A DNA stretch of 64,000 nt, taken from a virus. Positions 52,834 through 61,536 of this stretch are shown one piece after another. The translations under genes and the position numbers were made by a program. The notes beneath the pieces are model-generated. The model was not told the origin of the DNA, did not search any database, and saw only the letters and a list, made by a program, of their open reading frames with translations. How positions within the stretch are numbered: position 1 is the stretch's first letter; every line of letters begins with the position of its first letter. The stretch is taken from the IMG/VR virus record IMGVR_UViG_3300045988_173694. One strand, written 5' to 3'.

Positions 52834-54456
52834 TTACTCCTCGCCTCGCTTGAAACGCTCGAAGGCTGCCTTGCGCTCGGCATTGGTCTTATACTTCGAT
52901 GGGTCGAACTCACGGAGGTTCTGAGCCTTTGCGCCCTCACCGTTATTCTGAGGTGCTGCACCCTGTGCTGGCTCCTCACCTGGGTTCTCATTCAACTCAG
53001 CGATCTGAGCGTCCTTGTCGGCGATGGTCTGCTGGGCAGTAGCGAGTGAAGCCTGGGCGGTCTTCAACTCCTCATCTACCTTAGCCTTCTCCTCATCAGC
53101 CTTTGCCTTTGCATCGTTGAGGGCTTTGATGTCCTCATCGGCTTTAGCCTTTGCCTCTTTCAGGTTCTTGATTTCCTCGTCCTTCTGGGCGATGGTCTCA
53201 GCGAGTGCGTCGTGCTTTGCCTGAAGGTCAGCAAGACTCTGCTCTGCTGTGGTGGCTTTCTGCTTTGCATCAGCCACAGCCTGCTCCTGCGATGCGAGAT
53301 GAGCTTCGAGGGTGTCGAGCAATGGGGCATTCATGAATGCGCCATCCTCCTTCACCTCAATCTGCTGACCATCCTGCATACCGCAAGCGGCGTTGATCTT
53401 TGGATAATTTGCCATATTGATTTGATTTTGGTTATTTGATAAATGTTGATTGTTGAATGTTGAATGTTGACTTTCCGGGGTGTTCTCTTCCGGTTCCGGC
53501 TTTTGGATAGAAGCCTCTCGGTTGATAGGCTCGGCGGTGCCGTTGTAGAGAGCGAAGCAGCGCTGAACGCAACCCATAAAGGTAGACTGGTCGTCCATAA
53601 GGATTCCCTTCACGTCTTCAGCACTGAATATCTTTCCATGAAGATGCTCATCTTTTGCGTTAGGGCAAGCCTTTTTTACATCAGCTCTGAACTCAACACC
53701 CAGTTCGGCAAGCTCTTTTACGAGTTCCTTGCTGTTGTTCTTGTTGGCGATGTCACGGTAAGCCTTATTCTTGTCGAATGACTCCGGGTCATACTCCTCG
53801 TGATAAGTCTCATCTGTGTATTTATCCTTTGAGCCATTAGCCAAAGTATAGAAGGCAGCCATCACGCCGATACAACCAATTTCATCCTTCGGGTTCATGT
53901 AATATCGCTCATCGCAAAGAGAAGCGAGATACATACCTGCGCTGTCACACATACCATCTACCAGGGCGATGGTCTTCTGACCCTTGGAGTGGGCATAGTC
54001 GATAGCAAGTGCATAATCGTTCTTAGCCCAAGCCGAACCGCCAGGAGTATTGATGATAAAAAGATGACCTCGGCAAAGCGGATGATCAGCTGCACGCATC
54101 ATCATATCGCGATGGTCGATAGAACCATAAGAGCAATATCCACCATTCCGGGTGATAGGACCATCTACAGTGAGAACCGAAACGAACGGGAAGTTCTGCG
54201 CCCGCTCATCCTCTTCCGGATAGTCGAGCTGATAGTTACCCTTCACCTGCTTGCCATCCTCAGAAATCTGATATTCCTCCGGATAGTAGGTGTTGCCTTT
54301 TTCATCCTCTGCAGTGACGAATCCACAAGTCTTTTCCGGTTTGGTAAACACTGTATGAGTATTTAGGTTCTGCTCAATCGATTTGCGAATGCCATGCACA
54401 AAATCGGGGTTCACCATCCACTTCTTTTCGGTCAGAATTTCATAAAGACCTTTCAT
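52834..54456 (-). CDS. S49/ClpP-like prohead protease fused to a coiled-coil scaffold domain
   Basis: FIINTPGGSAW...VDGMCDSAGMYLASL...IGCIGVMAAF (S49-like). The C-terminal 170 aa is A/K/E/D coiled coil. A HAP half-arm is embedded at the junction. Confidence 0.7.
   Translation of the reverse strand: MKGLYEILTEKKWMVNPDFVHGIRKSIEQNLNTHTVFTKPEKTCGFVTAEDEKGNTYYPEEYQISEDGKQVKGNYQLDYPEEDERAQNFPFVSVLTVDGPITRNGGYCSYGSIDHRDMMMRAADHPLCRGHLFIINTPGGSAWAKNDYALAIDYAHSKGQKTIALVDGMCDSAGMYLASLCDERYYMNPKDEIGCIGVMAAFYTLANGSKDKYTDETYHEEYDPESFDKNKAYRDIANKNNSKELVKELAELGVEFRADVKKACPNAKDEHLHGKIFSAEDVKGILMDDQSTFMGCVQRCFALYNGTAEPINREASIQKPEPEENTPESQHSTFNNQHLSNNQNQINMANYPKINAACGMQDGQQIEVKEDGAFMNAPLLDTLEAHLASQEQAVADAKQKATTAEQSLADLQAKHDALAETIAQKDEEIKNLKEAKAKADEDIKALNDAKAKADEEKAKVDEELKTAQASLATAQQTIADKDAQIAELNENPGEEPAQGAAPQNNGEGAKAQNLREFDPSKYKTNAERKAAFERFKRGEE
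53442..53470. repeat. HAP half-element inside a CDS, copy 10
   Basis: AATGTTGATTGTTGAATGTTGAATGTTGA, translated as STFNNQHLSNN. Confidence 0.8.
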
Positions 54457-54558
54457 GTGGGTAATAAATTTTTAAAAATAAATGTATGTTATCGTTATCC
54501 TGAATACAAATCTCCTTACCTTATTTAGTAAAAGAAAACCTTTCAATATTTCTGAGGG

Positions 54559-54597
54559 CAAAGGTAATGGGAAAACGTGGGCATATAGGGACAAAAT
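54559..54597 (-). promoter_or_regulatory. P-late family promoter
   Basis: GGCAAAGGTA...GGGACAAAAT upstream of the protease gene. Confidence 0.5.
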
Positions 54598-54633
54598 AAA
54601 GGTAAAAAGGTAAAAAGGTAAAAAGGTAAAAAA
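54597..54633. repeat. (GGTAAAAA)x4 microsatellite
   Basis: The same octamer in reverse orientation occurs at 4015-4050 and 31738-31762, and shorter at 19061-19076. Confidence 0.9.
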
Positions 54634-54668
54634 CAAAAAACCCTGCGATCCTCACGGACAGCAGGGCT
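54628..54668 (-). terminator. Intrinsic terminator
   Basis: CCCTGC...GCAGGG stem, followed on the minus strand by a T-run. Confidence 0.6.
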
Positions 54669-54757
54669 AAAATTAATATAAATATAAAATTTCGATACTT
54701 ATGAATTACATGATTTCAAAACTAGAAGATAATTAAGTACTATAAATTTATGATTGA

Positions 54758-55246
54758 TTAAGCAATCGTTATCGGAATAAACTCTGACATCGCCTGACAG
54801 GTAGCCGTAATGCTACGGGTCTCTACATCATTCTGAGCGGTCACGGAATCGGTAATACTGAAGGTACCAGGCAGCGTATGGCAGAGATAAAGCGAATCAT
54901 CCTGCTTACGCAAGACTATATAATAGTCCTTTCTGTGCATATTCTTGATGATTTGGGGTATATTCTCCTTTCCGTCGCTGATATTGGCGGTAATCTCAAA
55001 CTTAAAGACGGTACCATTGCCACCTTCTGAGGAAGTCTGCTTGGCGGTAATGCCATCAGATATGACATAATTGTCGCCCTCGCTGGTGGCAACATGGAGT
55101 GCTTCGCCAGCAAACTTGCAGCCGCTTATCTGCAATATCATCGGTATGCTGAAGGGAATAGGAACGGAACTTTCAAATACAGCATAGAAATAAGCATCGG
55201 TTACTCCGTCAAGAAATAACTCTCTGCAACTATCAGGTAATTTCAT
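54758..55246 (-). CDS. Hypothetical protein
   Basis: 162-aa ORF. Confidence 0.55.
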   Translation of the reverse strand: MKLPDSCRELFLDGVTDAYFYAVFESSVPIPFSIPMILQISGCKFAGEALHVATSEGDNYVISDGITAKQTSSEGGNGTVFKFEITANISDGKENIPQIIKNMHRKDYYIVLRKQDDSLYLCHTLPGTFSITDSVTAQNDVETRSITATCQAMSEFIPITIA

Positions 55247-55320
55247 AACTTTTCCTTGATTTATCTATTATTTAACTTTTGTTTATATGTGAATTAACAC
55301 CTATTATATAAGGTGTAAAA

Positions 55321-56052
55321 TCATAGCCACTGCACTTCATCGATGCGGTTAGGCTTATCACGGCTGTCCTTATACTGCATATCCACGCAGGAATAGGACT
55401 TGAAGAAGCAGTGTTCCGTGCGAAACCATCGCCCGATGATACGGCGCAATACGTCTTTCTCTTCCTCGCTGGCTTCTATGCCGTAGCGCATCAGATAACG
55501 CTCCAGCATGGCGTTATGCGAGCGGGCGATAACCTTGCCTTTTGCGGTACAGAAATCGAAGGTGGAGAGTGCCCATTCTACCAGACTGCGCTTAAAATCA
55601 TTGTTCAATGATACCACCAGGGCACGTATGCCGTGCGTATCGAGTGTAAAGGTAGGCTTTACAGGATAAACGGTATCGACAACTTCTACCTCACTCGGCA
55701 AGCGGATGCAGAGATAATCATCGTGTGAACCCTTGCCGTCGGTAAGGCGGCCGTTGAGCTGCTGCACCTCCTGGAAAGTGAGCCAGCTTCCGGCATCACG
55801 GCGCATCACTACCTTACCTCCTGCAGGGTGCTTGCCCGACAGCATATTGCACCACTGCTGCTGCGAAAAACAGCCGAGGTCGATACGGCTGCTTTTCGCA
55901 GGGGCGCTGATGAGGGAATTGCGCATGATAAACTGCTCGTGTGAGTAGTTGCTGAACACCACCGGCTCATCCTTGGCCAGGGTGAACTTGGGGTCGCGGT
56001 GCCGGAAAAACTGGCAGCGGGAGGTTGGGAGACGGAGATAGATATTTGGCAT
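55321..56052 (-). CDS. Hypothetical protein
   Basis: Start moved to MPNIYLRL. The N-terminus of the track ORF is encoded by the HAP element. Confidence 0.55.
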   Translation of the reverse strand: MPNIYLRLPTSRCQFFRHRDPKFTLAKDEPVVFSNYSHEQFIMRNSLISAPAKSSRIDLGCFSQQQWCNMLSGKHPAGGKVVMRRDAGSWLTFQEVQQLNGRLTDGKGSHDDYLCIRLPSEVEVVDTVYPVKPTFTLDTHGIRALVVSLNNDFKRSLVEWALSTFDFCTAKGKVIARSHNAMLERYLMRYGIEASEEEKDVLRRIIGRWFRTEHCFFKSYSCVDMQYKDSRDKPNRIDEVQWL

Positions 56053-56059
56053 CTTAAAC

Positions 56060-56167
56060 AATGTTGAATGGTTTGATGAATGTTGAATGTTGAGTGTTGA
56101 ATGTTGAATTAGGCTAGCGCCCTTGAGTCCGTGAGGCAACTCAAAATTCAACATTCAACACTCAAAA
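56060..56167. repeat. HAP copy 11 (core in inverted orientation)
   Basis: The core reads AGGCTAGCGCCCTTGAGTCCGTGAGGCAA, the reverse complement of the core in copies 3 and 9. Confidence 0.9.
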
Positions 56168-57136
56168 TTACCGCCGAATGTGGTAATTTAACATGATGGC
56201 ATCGGTGATGTAGAGGAAGTATTTCTGCATGCTGTTTCCTTCCTTCGGGCGCGGTACCAGCTTATCGAGCTTGGCAGTCTGCTCCTCGTTGAGATTAGGG
56301 ATGAGTTTCATGCCGTCGATATAGCGGCCACCTGATTCCGTCTTGGCGATGAAGCTCTCATTGAACTTATCTTTCTCACCGAAGAAGAGATTGATGGCCT
56401 CTACCATCTGTTCCTGAGTGAAACCAGGAAGGGTAGGATGCAGCTTGCGGTACTTCTGCGAATAGGTCTGCATACGCTTATCCATATAGTTATTGATGCT
56501 GTCGGCATACTCATAGTAGAGGGCGTAATCTTTCGATTTCTCGTCTTTCTTGCGGGCGAAATCGAAGAAACCGCTCAACTGACGGAGGCTCGCCATTACG
56601 CCATCAAACTGCTGGAACTCGCTGGCACCTTTGAAGATTTCCAGCATATCGCCCTTCACCTGGGTAAGAAGGTTTTCGAGCATTTCGGAGAGGAACGTGA
56701 TCTTATCAAGATTAATGTTCAGATGGTCTACCTTTTCCTGCATACCCGGCTGGCTGTAGTCTACGTAGTAGCGTGACAGATGACCGAAACTGAGGAAATC
56801 GTAAGTTATCTCACTGTGCAGATTTACCTGCACAAGCAGGGCATAGATGGCATTGGCCAACTTTGCATCTTTTTCCTGGATAGCCTTGATGAGGGGTGCC
56901 ATCTGAGGTGCGCCCTGCGGTATGCGGTTGGCAGCACGTACCAGTTCGTTGCGGTTGCGCACGGCATCGGCAAACTGAGGATCAGCGAAGATTGTCTCCA
57001 GGGTTTTGGCGTATACTTCAGATGGCACATCTTTGAAGTTGAAGGTGTAGATGGTAGGGAGCTGACAGATTTTAGCATCCCGCCTTGCCAATGCCTCCAT
57101 CTGGTGTTGCTTTTTATTTTTGTTTTTATTTCCCAT
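56168..57136 (-). CDS. Hypothetical protein
   Basis: 322-aa ORF. An A13 run (plus-strand T13 at 57142-57154) lies just upstream. Confidence 0.55.
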   Translation of the reverse strand: MGNKNKNKKQHQMEALARRDAKICQLPTIYTFNFKDVPSEVYAKTLETIFADPQFADAVRNRNELVRAANRIPQGAPQMAPLIKAIQEKDAKLANAIYALLVQVNLHSEITYDFLSFGHLSRYYVDYSQPGMQEKVDHLNINLDKITFLSEMLENLLTQVKGDMLEIFKGASEFQQFDGVMASLRQLSGFFDFARKKDEKSKDYALYYEYADSINNYMDKRMQTYSQKYRKLHPTLPGFTQEQMVEAINLFFGEKDKFNESFIAKTESGGRYIDGMKLIPNLNEEQTAKLDKLVPRPKEGNSMQKYFLYITDAIMLNYHIRR

Positions 57137-57155
57137 TGCTATTTTTTTTTTTTTA

Positions 57156-57242
57156 ATGTTAAGTGTTGAATGTTGAATGTTGAATTGCCTGACGGACTCG
57201 ATGGCGTATGCCTAATTCAACACTCAACATTCAACACTCAAA
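57156..57242. repeat. HAP copy 12
   Basis: Arms plus core TTGCCTGACGGACTCGATGGCGTATGCCTAA. Confidence 0.9.
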
Positions 57243-57295
57243 TTACCCCTATTTACCATAATGAGCGTTAGAGATAGCGAGTAGTGATTTTACCT

Positions 57296-58222
57296 TTAAA
57301 TCTCGAAGTCCTTATCATATTCCATCATTCTCTCGGTAATGATGCGATGAATCAGATAGCCTATTTCCTTGGCGTTAGGATGTGCCTTGCCGGTACTTTC
57401 ATGGAAGCGGAGGTCCAGGATATGTTTCCACTCCTTGAGGGTATAGGTATAGGCTACCACCGTATAGGTATCGAGAGGGAGAATGCCGCGGGCATCCTGC
57501 GGCTTCATGCCCGATTTCAGCAATCGGCGATAGAGCCAGTCAGCTATCTTGCATCCGGTAAGATAGAGGAACTTCTGCCAGCGGGTGCCCTCGTGCAGCC
57601 AGTGCGGACGGGCAATCTGTACGCCACCTTTCTTCTCCAGGTTCACATAGCGGGTGCTCTGTTCGCTGATGCTATTAGGCGATGTGCGGTTCAGCTCACG
57701 GCTGGTACTGATTTGCGTGGTAACAACCATGGTCATGCGGAGGAGATAGAGAGCCTTTTTGCAATCATACTTCAGCGCCTTCTCGATGAACTCATCTTCC
57801 TTCACATCGTATGAGTCGAGGATGTCGAGGATTTCGTCATGCTCGGCAAGGAACTGCATGTTGCTGCTGATCCATACCTTCTTATCCTTCACCGCATAAT
57901 TGATGTAAGGTGAAGCCACGAGGAGAGACCAGAGAGACCTCGGCAGCTTGTTGTCATTCTTGACGAAGAAATAGATGGTACCATGACGGAGCATAGAGCG
58001 ATGACCGCTCTTCCAGAAATGGTTAACCAACTTTGCTGCCTGTACTTCCCGAAACTCCTCTTTCTTTTCTTCAGAAAGTTTCTCATCAGGCTGTTTGGCT
58101 TTGCTCTTGTAGCAGATTCTTCCTACTCGTGCAACCTGTTGAGTGCCGGTCTTCTGAGGCCACCACTCAACACCAGGAATTATCATTTTCATATTGTTTC
58201 TTATTTGATGTTTATATATCAA
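57296..58222 (-). CDS. ThyX-like (flavin-dependent thymidylate synthase family) protein, divergent motif
   Basis: RELNRTSPNSISEQSTRYV aligns with the ThyX RHRxxSxxxxSxRY signature, but RHR is not conserved. LDLRFHESTGKAHPNAKEI resembles the ThyX C-terminal motif. Confidence 0.45.
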   Translation of the reverse strand: MIYKHQIRNNMKMIIPGVEWWPQKTGTQQVARVGRICYKSKAKQPDEKLSEEKKEEFREVQAAKLVNHFWKSGHRSMLRHGTIYFFVKNDNKLPRSLWSLLVASPYINYAVKDKKVWISSNMQFLAEHDEILDILDSYDVKEDEFIEKALKYDCKKALYLLRMTMVVTTQISTSRELNRTSPNSISEQSTRYVNLEKKGGVQIARPHWLHEGTRWQKFLYLTGCKIADWLYRRLLKSGMKPQDARGILPLDTYTVVAYTYTLKEWKHILDLRFHESTGKAHPNAKEIGYLIHRIITERMMEYDKDFEI

Positions 58223-58239
58223 AAAACAGATGGTTTCTT

Positions 58240-58848
58240 TTAAAAGAAGGAACTGAAAATGCGGATAGCGTTTTCAGCTATCATTCCTCCCTTTTTCAGT
58301 TTCTCTTCTATCTCTGCTGCATACTCCGGCACTTCTCCATTGTCAGTTTTGATGCACCTTACTAAATTCAGCGTAGTAGTCAGCAAGCGATAGAGTGATG
58401 AATTATTGCTGATGATATAATCGAAGGAGTTAATATCCAGCGATACACGATATTCATCACGGTTGGTTCTTTCAGGAGCGATACCGCGAGCCTTCAGCGT
58501 TTCTGGCTTGGCAGCCACATAAATACTCACCAGTTCAATATCCGGAAAATGCTCACAGATGCTCAGAAATCCTCTTTCATCAATCACGTAGATGGCAGTA
58601 TCTTCTATCTGGGCGAGTTCCGTCCAATACTCGTAGCCACCATATTCGGTGTAGGCAAGCATATCCTCCTTGGGAGTCTTGCACTCCTTCACGAAAAAGT
58701 GCTCTCTACCATTTACCTCGCCATCCCTCATGGGACGGGTGGTGAAGGAACAAAGCAAGGGGATGTTTAGGGCGATGGAAAGGATATTTGCCACCGTGTC
58801 TTTGCCTGCTCCAGATGGACCCATAATTGCAATAATCTTCTGTTTCAT
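58240..58848 (-). CDS. Guanylate kinase-like nucleotide kinase
   Basis: GPSGAGKDT P-loop and TTRPMRDGEVNGREHFFV. Start moved to MKQKIIAIMG. Confidence 0.7.
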   Translation of the reverse strand: MKQKIIAIMGPSGAGKDTVANILSIALNIPLLCSFTTRPMRDGEVNGREHFFVKECKTPKEDMLAYTEYGGYEYWTELAQIEDTAIYVIDERGFLSICEHFPDIELVSIYVAAKPETLKARGIAPERTNRDEYRVSLDINSFDYIISNNSSLYRLLTTTLNLVRCIKTDNGEVPEYAAEIEEKLKKGGMIAENAIRIFSSFF

Positions 58849-59061
58849 ATCTTTTATTTTGTAAAGTTTTTTATATATAAATAGAGGGATAAACGAACAA
58901 TACCGAAACAATCGCAAAACATTCCCAAAACATCCATAAGACTCTCGTAAGACTCTCGCAAAAATTTTGCAAAAGTGTAAAGCCTTTATTATCAGCTACT
59001 TACAAAAAGTATAAATTTTAACTTTCAGGGTTCTGCTGAATCGTTTTGTAAATTTATTTCA

Positions 59062-59341
59062 TTATCTCAAAACCTTGTTTCCCATAGGGAAAAACGTGAG
59101 GTTCCTCAGGCGTTCCAGCGAAGGATATTGCTGATTTACTCTGTCTCTGAAATCGTCCATATCGCCCATATCTACCATGTATTTTCCCAATGCAATTTCA
59201 AAGTTCACCGGGAACGTCATCACTATCTGCCGGAGGAATTTACCCCCCCCCAATCATTACATCAAACACTACTTTCATCCATCGCTGACCATTCTGGTCG
59301 AGCCATGACCCCTTCGGGATTTTTACTTTTCTTTTTGCCAT
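59062..59341 (-). pseudogene. Small ORF split by a G9 tract (frameshifted or phase-variable)
   Basis: MAKRKVKIPKGSWLDQNGQRWMKVVFDVMIGGG* stops right after G9 (plus-strand C9 at 59243-59251). Loss of one G would fuse it to KFLRQIVMTFPVNF... Confidence 0.4.
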
Positions 59342-59366
59342 AATCTTATATCTTTAAATGTATTAA

Positions 59367-59457
59367 AAAGCTTTTGCCCTTACAGGGCGTATTTTTTTAT
59401 CTGTTCTAAAACCCAGGGTGTTGCCCTGGGCTAGGAGCTTCTGCCCTTTCAGGGCGT
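59367..59457. repeat. THE copy 3
   Basis: The same three hairpins as 44041-44130. Confidence 0.85.
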
Positions 59458-59463
59458 GCTATT

Positions 59464-59493
59464 GGACCAGCGATAGAATCGCTGGGAACGGAG
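59464..59493. repeat. SL element copy F
   Basis: GGACCAGCGATAGAATCGCTGGGAACGGAGG, directly after the primase-like gene stop. Confidence 0.85.
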
Positions 59494-59500
59494 GCGCTTT

Positions 59501-60628
59501 CTAAGTATTCTGATATATCTCTTTCCAGTCTTCCCTGGTGAGGAAGATGCCCGACCGCTTGCAGTAGTCGAAGAAAGTTGCCTCAGAAATCTTGTTGTAA
59601 TTAGCGAACTGGTTCCATCGCTTGCGGAAATCCATCTCATTGTGGCCGCAGGTAGAGTCAGCAGGACGGAAGCGGGAAACTCTTCTCCATAGGTCATAAC
59701 CCGCCGTTCTATCCACATGGTAAAGCGACATGCCGCATTTCACCCAACCCAGATAACCGCTATTAGCATCCTTTCCGGCACAAATATCAATGCCTTGAGC
59801 CTCTATCTTCTCAACAAGGCGCAAAGCTTTGCGATAGATGATTTCCGGTGTGTCCCGTCTGTAGGTGCCCTGTCCGCTATGCGGATAATTGCCTCCATAG
59901 CCAACACCAGTCGGATAACTGCCACTGAAATATGTGTTGGCATAGTTCATCACGGGCATTGGTGTAGGTACATTATTGGGCAGTTTGGTATATGGTATCA
60001 CACGTTCATTAATATATATATGCGCAGGATCATCCCATGAGGCAAAGCGCACGCGTCCGATGTTTCCGCAGGAGCCATCGAGCATGATACCCATTGCAGC
60101 ATATTCATGCAGTAATGCCTTGAACTGCTCTTTATGATGGTCTGGATAAGCCAAACGGACCAAGCCAAACAGTCCCGTTCCGGAGCAGGAGCGCATCAGC
60201 AGGGCTACTTCGGGGCGAAATGCCAACACCCTGCGGATATTTTCGAAATCGGCAATACCCTCGTTGTCCTGAAGGTCAATATCTATCGCCAGCCATCCGG
60301 TATGCTGCTGAAGGTGGCTTTCTCTTCTAGAAACCATCACACGCTGGCCCGGATGGGTAAGGCTATCGTCCTCGTAGGTAGCGAAGAGACCGCTCAGTGT
60401 GGCACCTGGAAGCATCTTCTTCGTGTCGATATACTCCGGCATCTTCTTCGCCTTGCTACCATACTGCTGCCGCATGGCTCTCAGTTTCTCTACATACGGC
60501 TTCCATCTGTCCGTAAGACAGAACTCACGGATAGACATCTGCGTGATGCACTCGCCAGTCTCCATATCGACGTACCTTCCGAGTGCATCTTTCGCATCCC
60601 GATAGATGGAACATATCTCGTCAAACAT
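59501..60628 (-). CDS. Primase-polymerase-like protein (BT4734/VirE N-terminal-domain-like)
   Basis: 375 aa. WLAIDIDLQD acidic motif followed by SCSGTGLFGLVRL, as in Bacteroides primase-like replication proteins. Recognised from memory only. Confidence 0.45.
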   Translation of the reverse strand: MFDEICSIYRDAKDALGRYVDMETGECITQMSIREFCLTDRWKPYVEKLRAMRQQYGSKAKKMPEYIDTKKMLPGATLSGLFATYEDDSLTHPGQRVMVSRRESHLQQHTGWLAIDIDLQDNEGIADFENIRRVLAFRPEVALLMRSCSGTGLFGLVRLAYPDHHKEQFKALLHEYAAMGIMLDGSCGNIGRVRFASWDDPAHIYINERVIPYTKLPNNVPTPMPVMNYANTYFSGSYPTGVGYGGNYPHSGQGTYRRDTPEIIYRKALRLVEKIEAQGIDICAGKDANSGYLGWVKCGMSLYHVDRTAGYDLWRRVSRFRPADSTCGHNEMDFRKRWNQFANYNKISEATFFDYCKRSGIFLTREDWKEIYQNT

Positions 60629-60758
60629 ACCTTACATATATTATTATATTCATTTTTCGCTGCAAAGATACAAAAATAAATCGGAAAAAGTATAGGTAAG
60701 CTATATTATATTTGAAATAAGTTATATTTTTAACATTTAATATAGATTTGAGAGGGGG

Positions 60759-60788
60759 AACCAGCGATGGAATCACTGGGAACGGAGA
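60759..60788. repeat. SL element copy G
   Basis: GAACCAGCGATGGAATCACTGGGAACGGAGA. Confidence 0.85.
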
Positions 60789-60997
60789 CGCAAAGGGTGT
60801 TTTTTCAAAAATGGGACCAGGATGCGAAATCTGGTCTCATTTTGCCCATTCTGGTCTCATTTTAATTTTATTAGCAGAAATGTTAAAGTCCCCTAATGAG
60901 GAAAACGGCGCATTTTGTCCCCCTGCTGCCACACCATTGTCCCACTGCTAGCCCACACTGATTTTTTGCTATCTGCTTATTTTTCAGCAACTTACTA

Positions 60998-61285
60998 TAT
61001 CTTGGTCTCATTTTTATATAAATTTCTATAAACAGATGTACGCAGGAGATACAAAATATTTCAGAAATATGTAGAATATATGTAGAAAATCACGCATTTT
61101 TCTCGCTAGCTGCCACTCCCCTATATCCACATAACTACCTTATTGTCTGATGTTTACGGCATAGCCGTTAATGCTACTAACTCCTAGTTTGGGGTTAGGG
61201 GATTTTGTTTTTAGGGAAAAGAAAAAATACACGGAAAATTTTATATATAGGTAGTAAAACCGACGAAAAATGAGACCAAGATATA
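60998..61285. repeat. Perfect 19-bp inverted repeats flanking a 250-bp segment
   Basis: ATATCTTGGTCTCATTTTT (60998-61016) and its exact reverse complement (61267-61285). Extra GGTCTCATTTT copies at 60831-60844 and 60851-60864. Confidence 0.9.
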
Positions 61286-61361
61286 CTTTTGAGACCAAAA
61301 AGCCCACTAAATCAAAGGGTTAACGTTGGTACGGAAAAATAATAGCTTTATTACAAAATGG

Positions 61362-61392
61362 GACCAGCGAAAAAATTCGTTGGGAACGAAGA
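61362..61392. repeat. SL element copy H (divergent)
   Basis: GGACCAGCGAAAAAATTCGTTGGGAACGAAG. Confidence 0.7.
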
Positions 61393-61403
61393 CCCAAAGG
61401 CGA

Positions 61404-61442
61404 TAGCCTAATTCAACATTCAACACTAAACATTCAACACTA
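61404..61442. repeat. HAP half-element (right arm), copy 13
   Basis: AGCCTAATTCAACATTCAACACTAAACATTCAACACT. Confidence 0.8.
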
Positions 61443-61477
61443 AAAAAGGCTGCCTCGCTTCACAGCGAAACAGCCTC
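61443..61477 (-). terminator. Intrinsic terminator after the tape-measure-like gene
   Basis: Minus strand GAGGCTGTTTCGCTGTGAAGCGAGGCAGCC followed by TTTTTT. Confidence 0.65.
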
Positions 61478-61536
61478 GAAAAACAAATAACTAATAAACT
61501 TAAAAACTAACAACTAATAATCAACAAAACCTTCTT

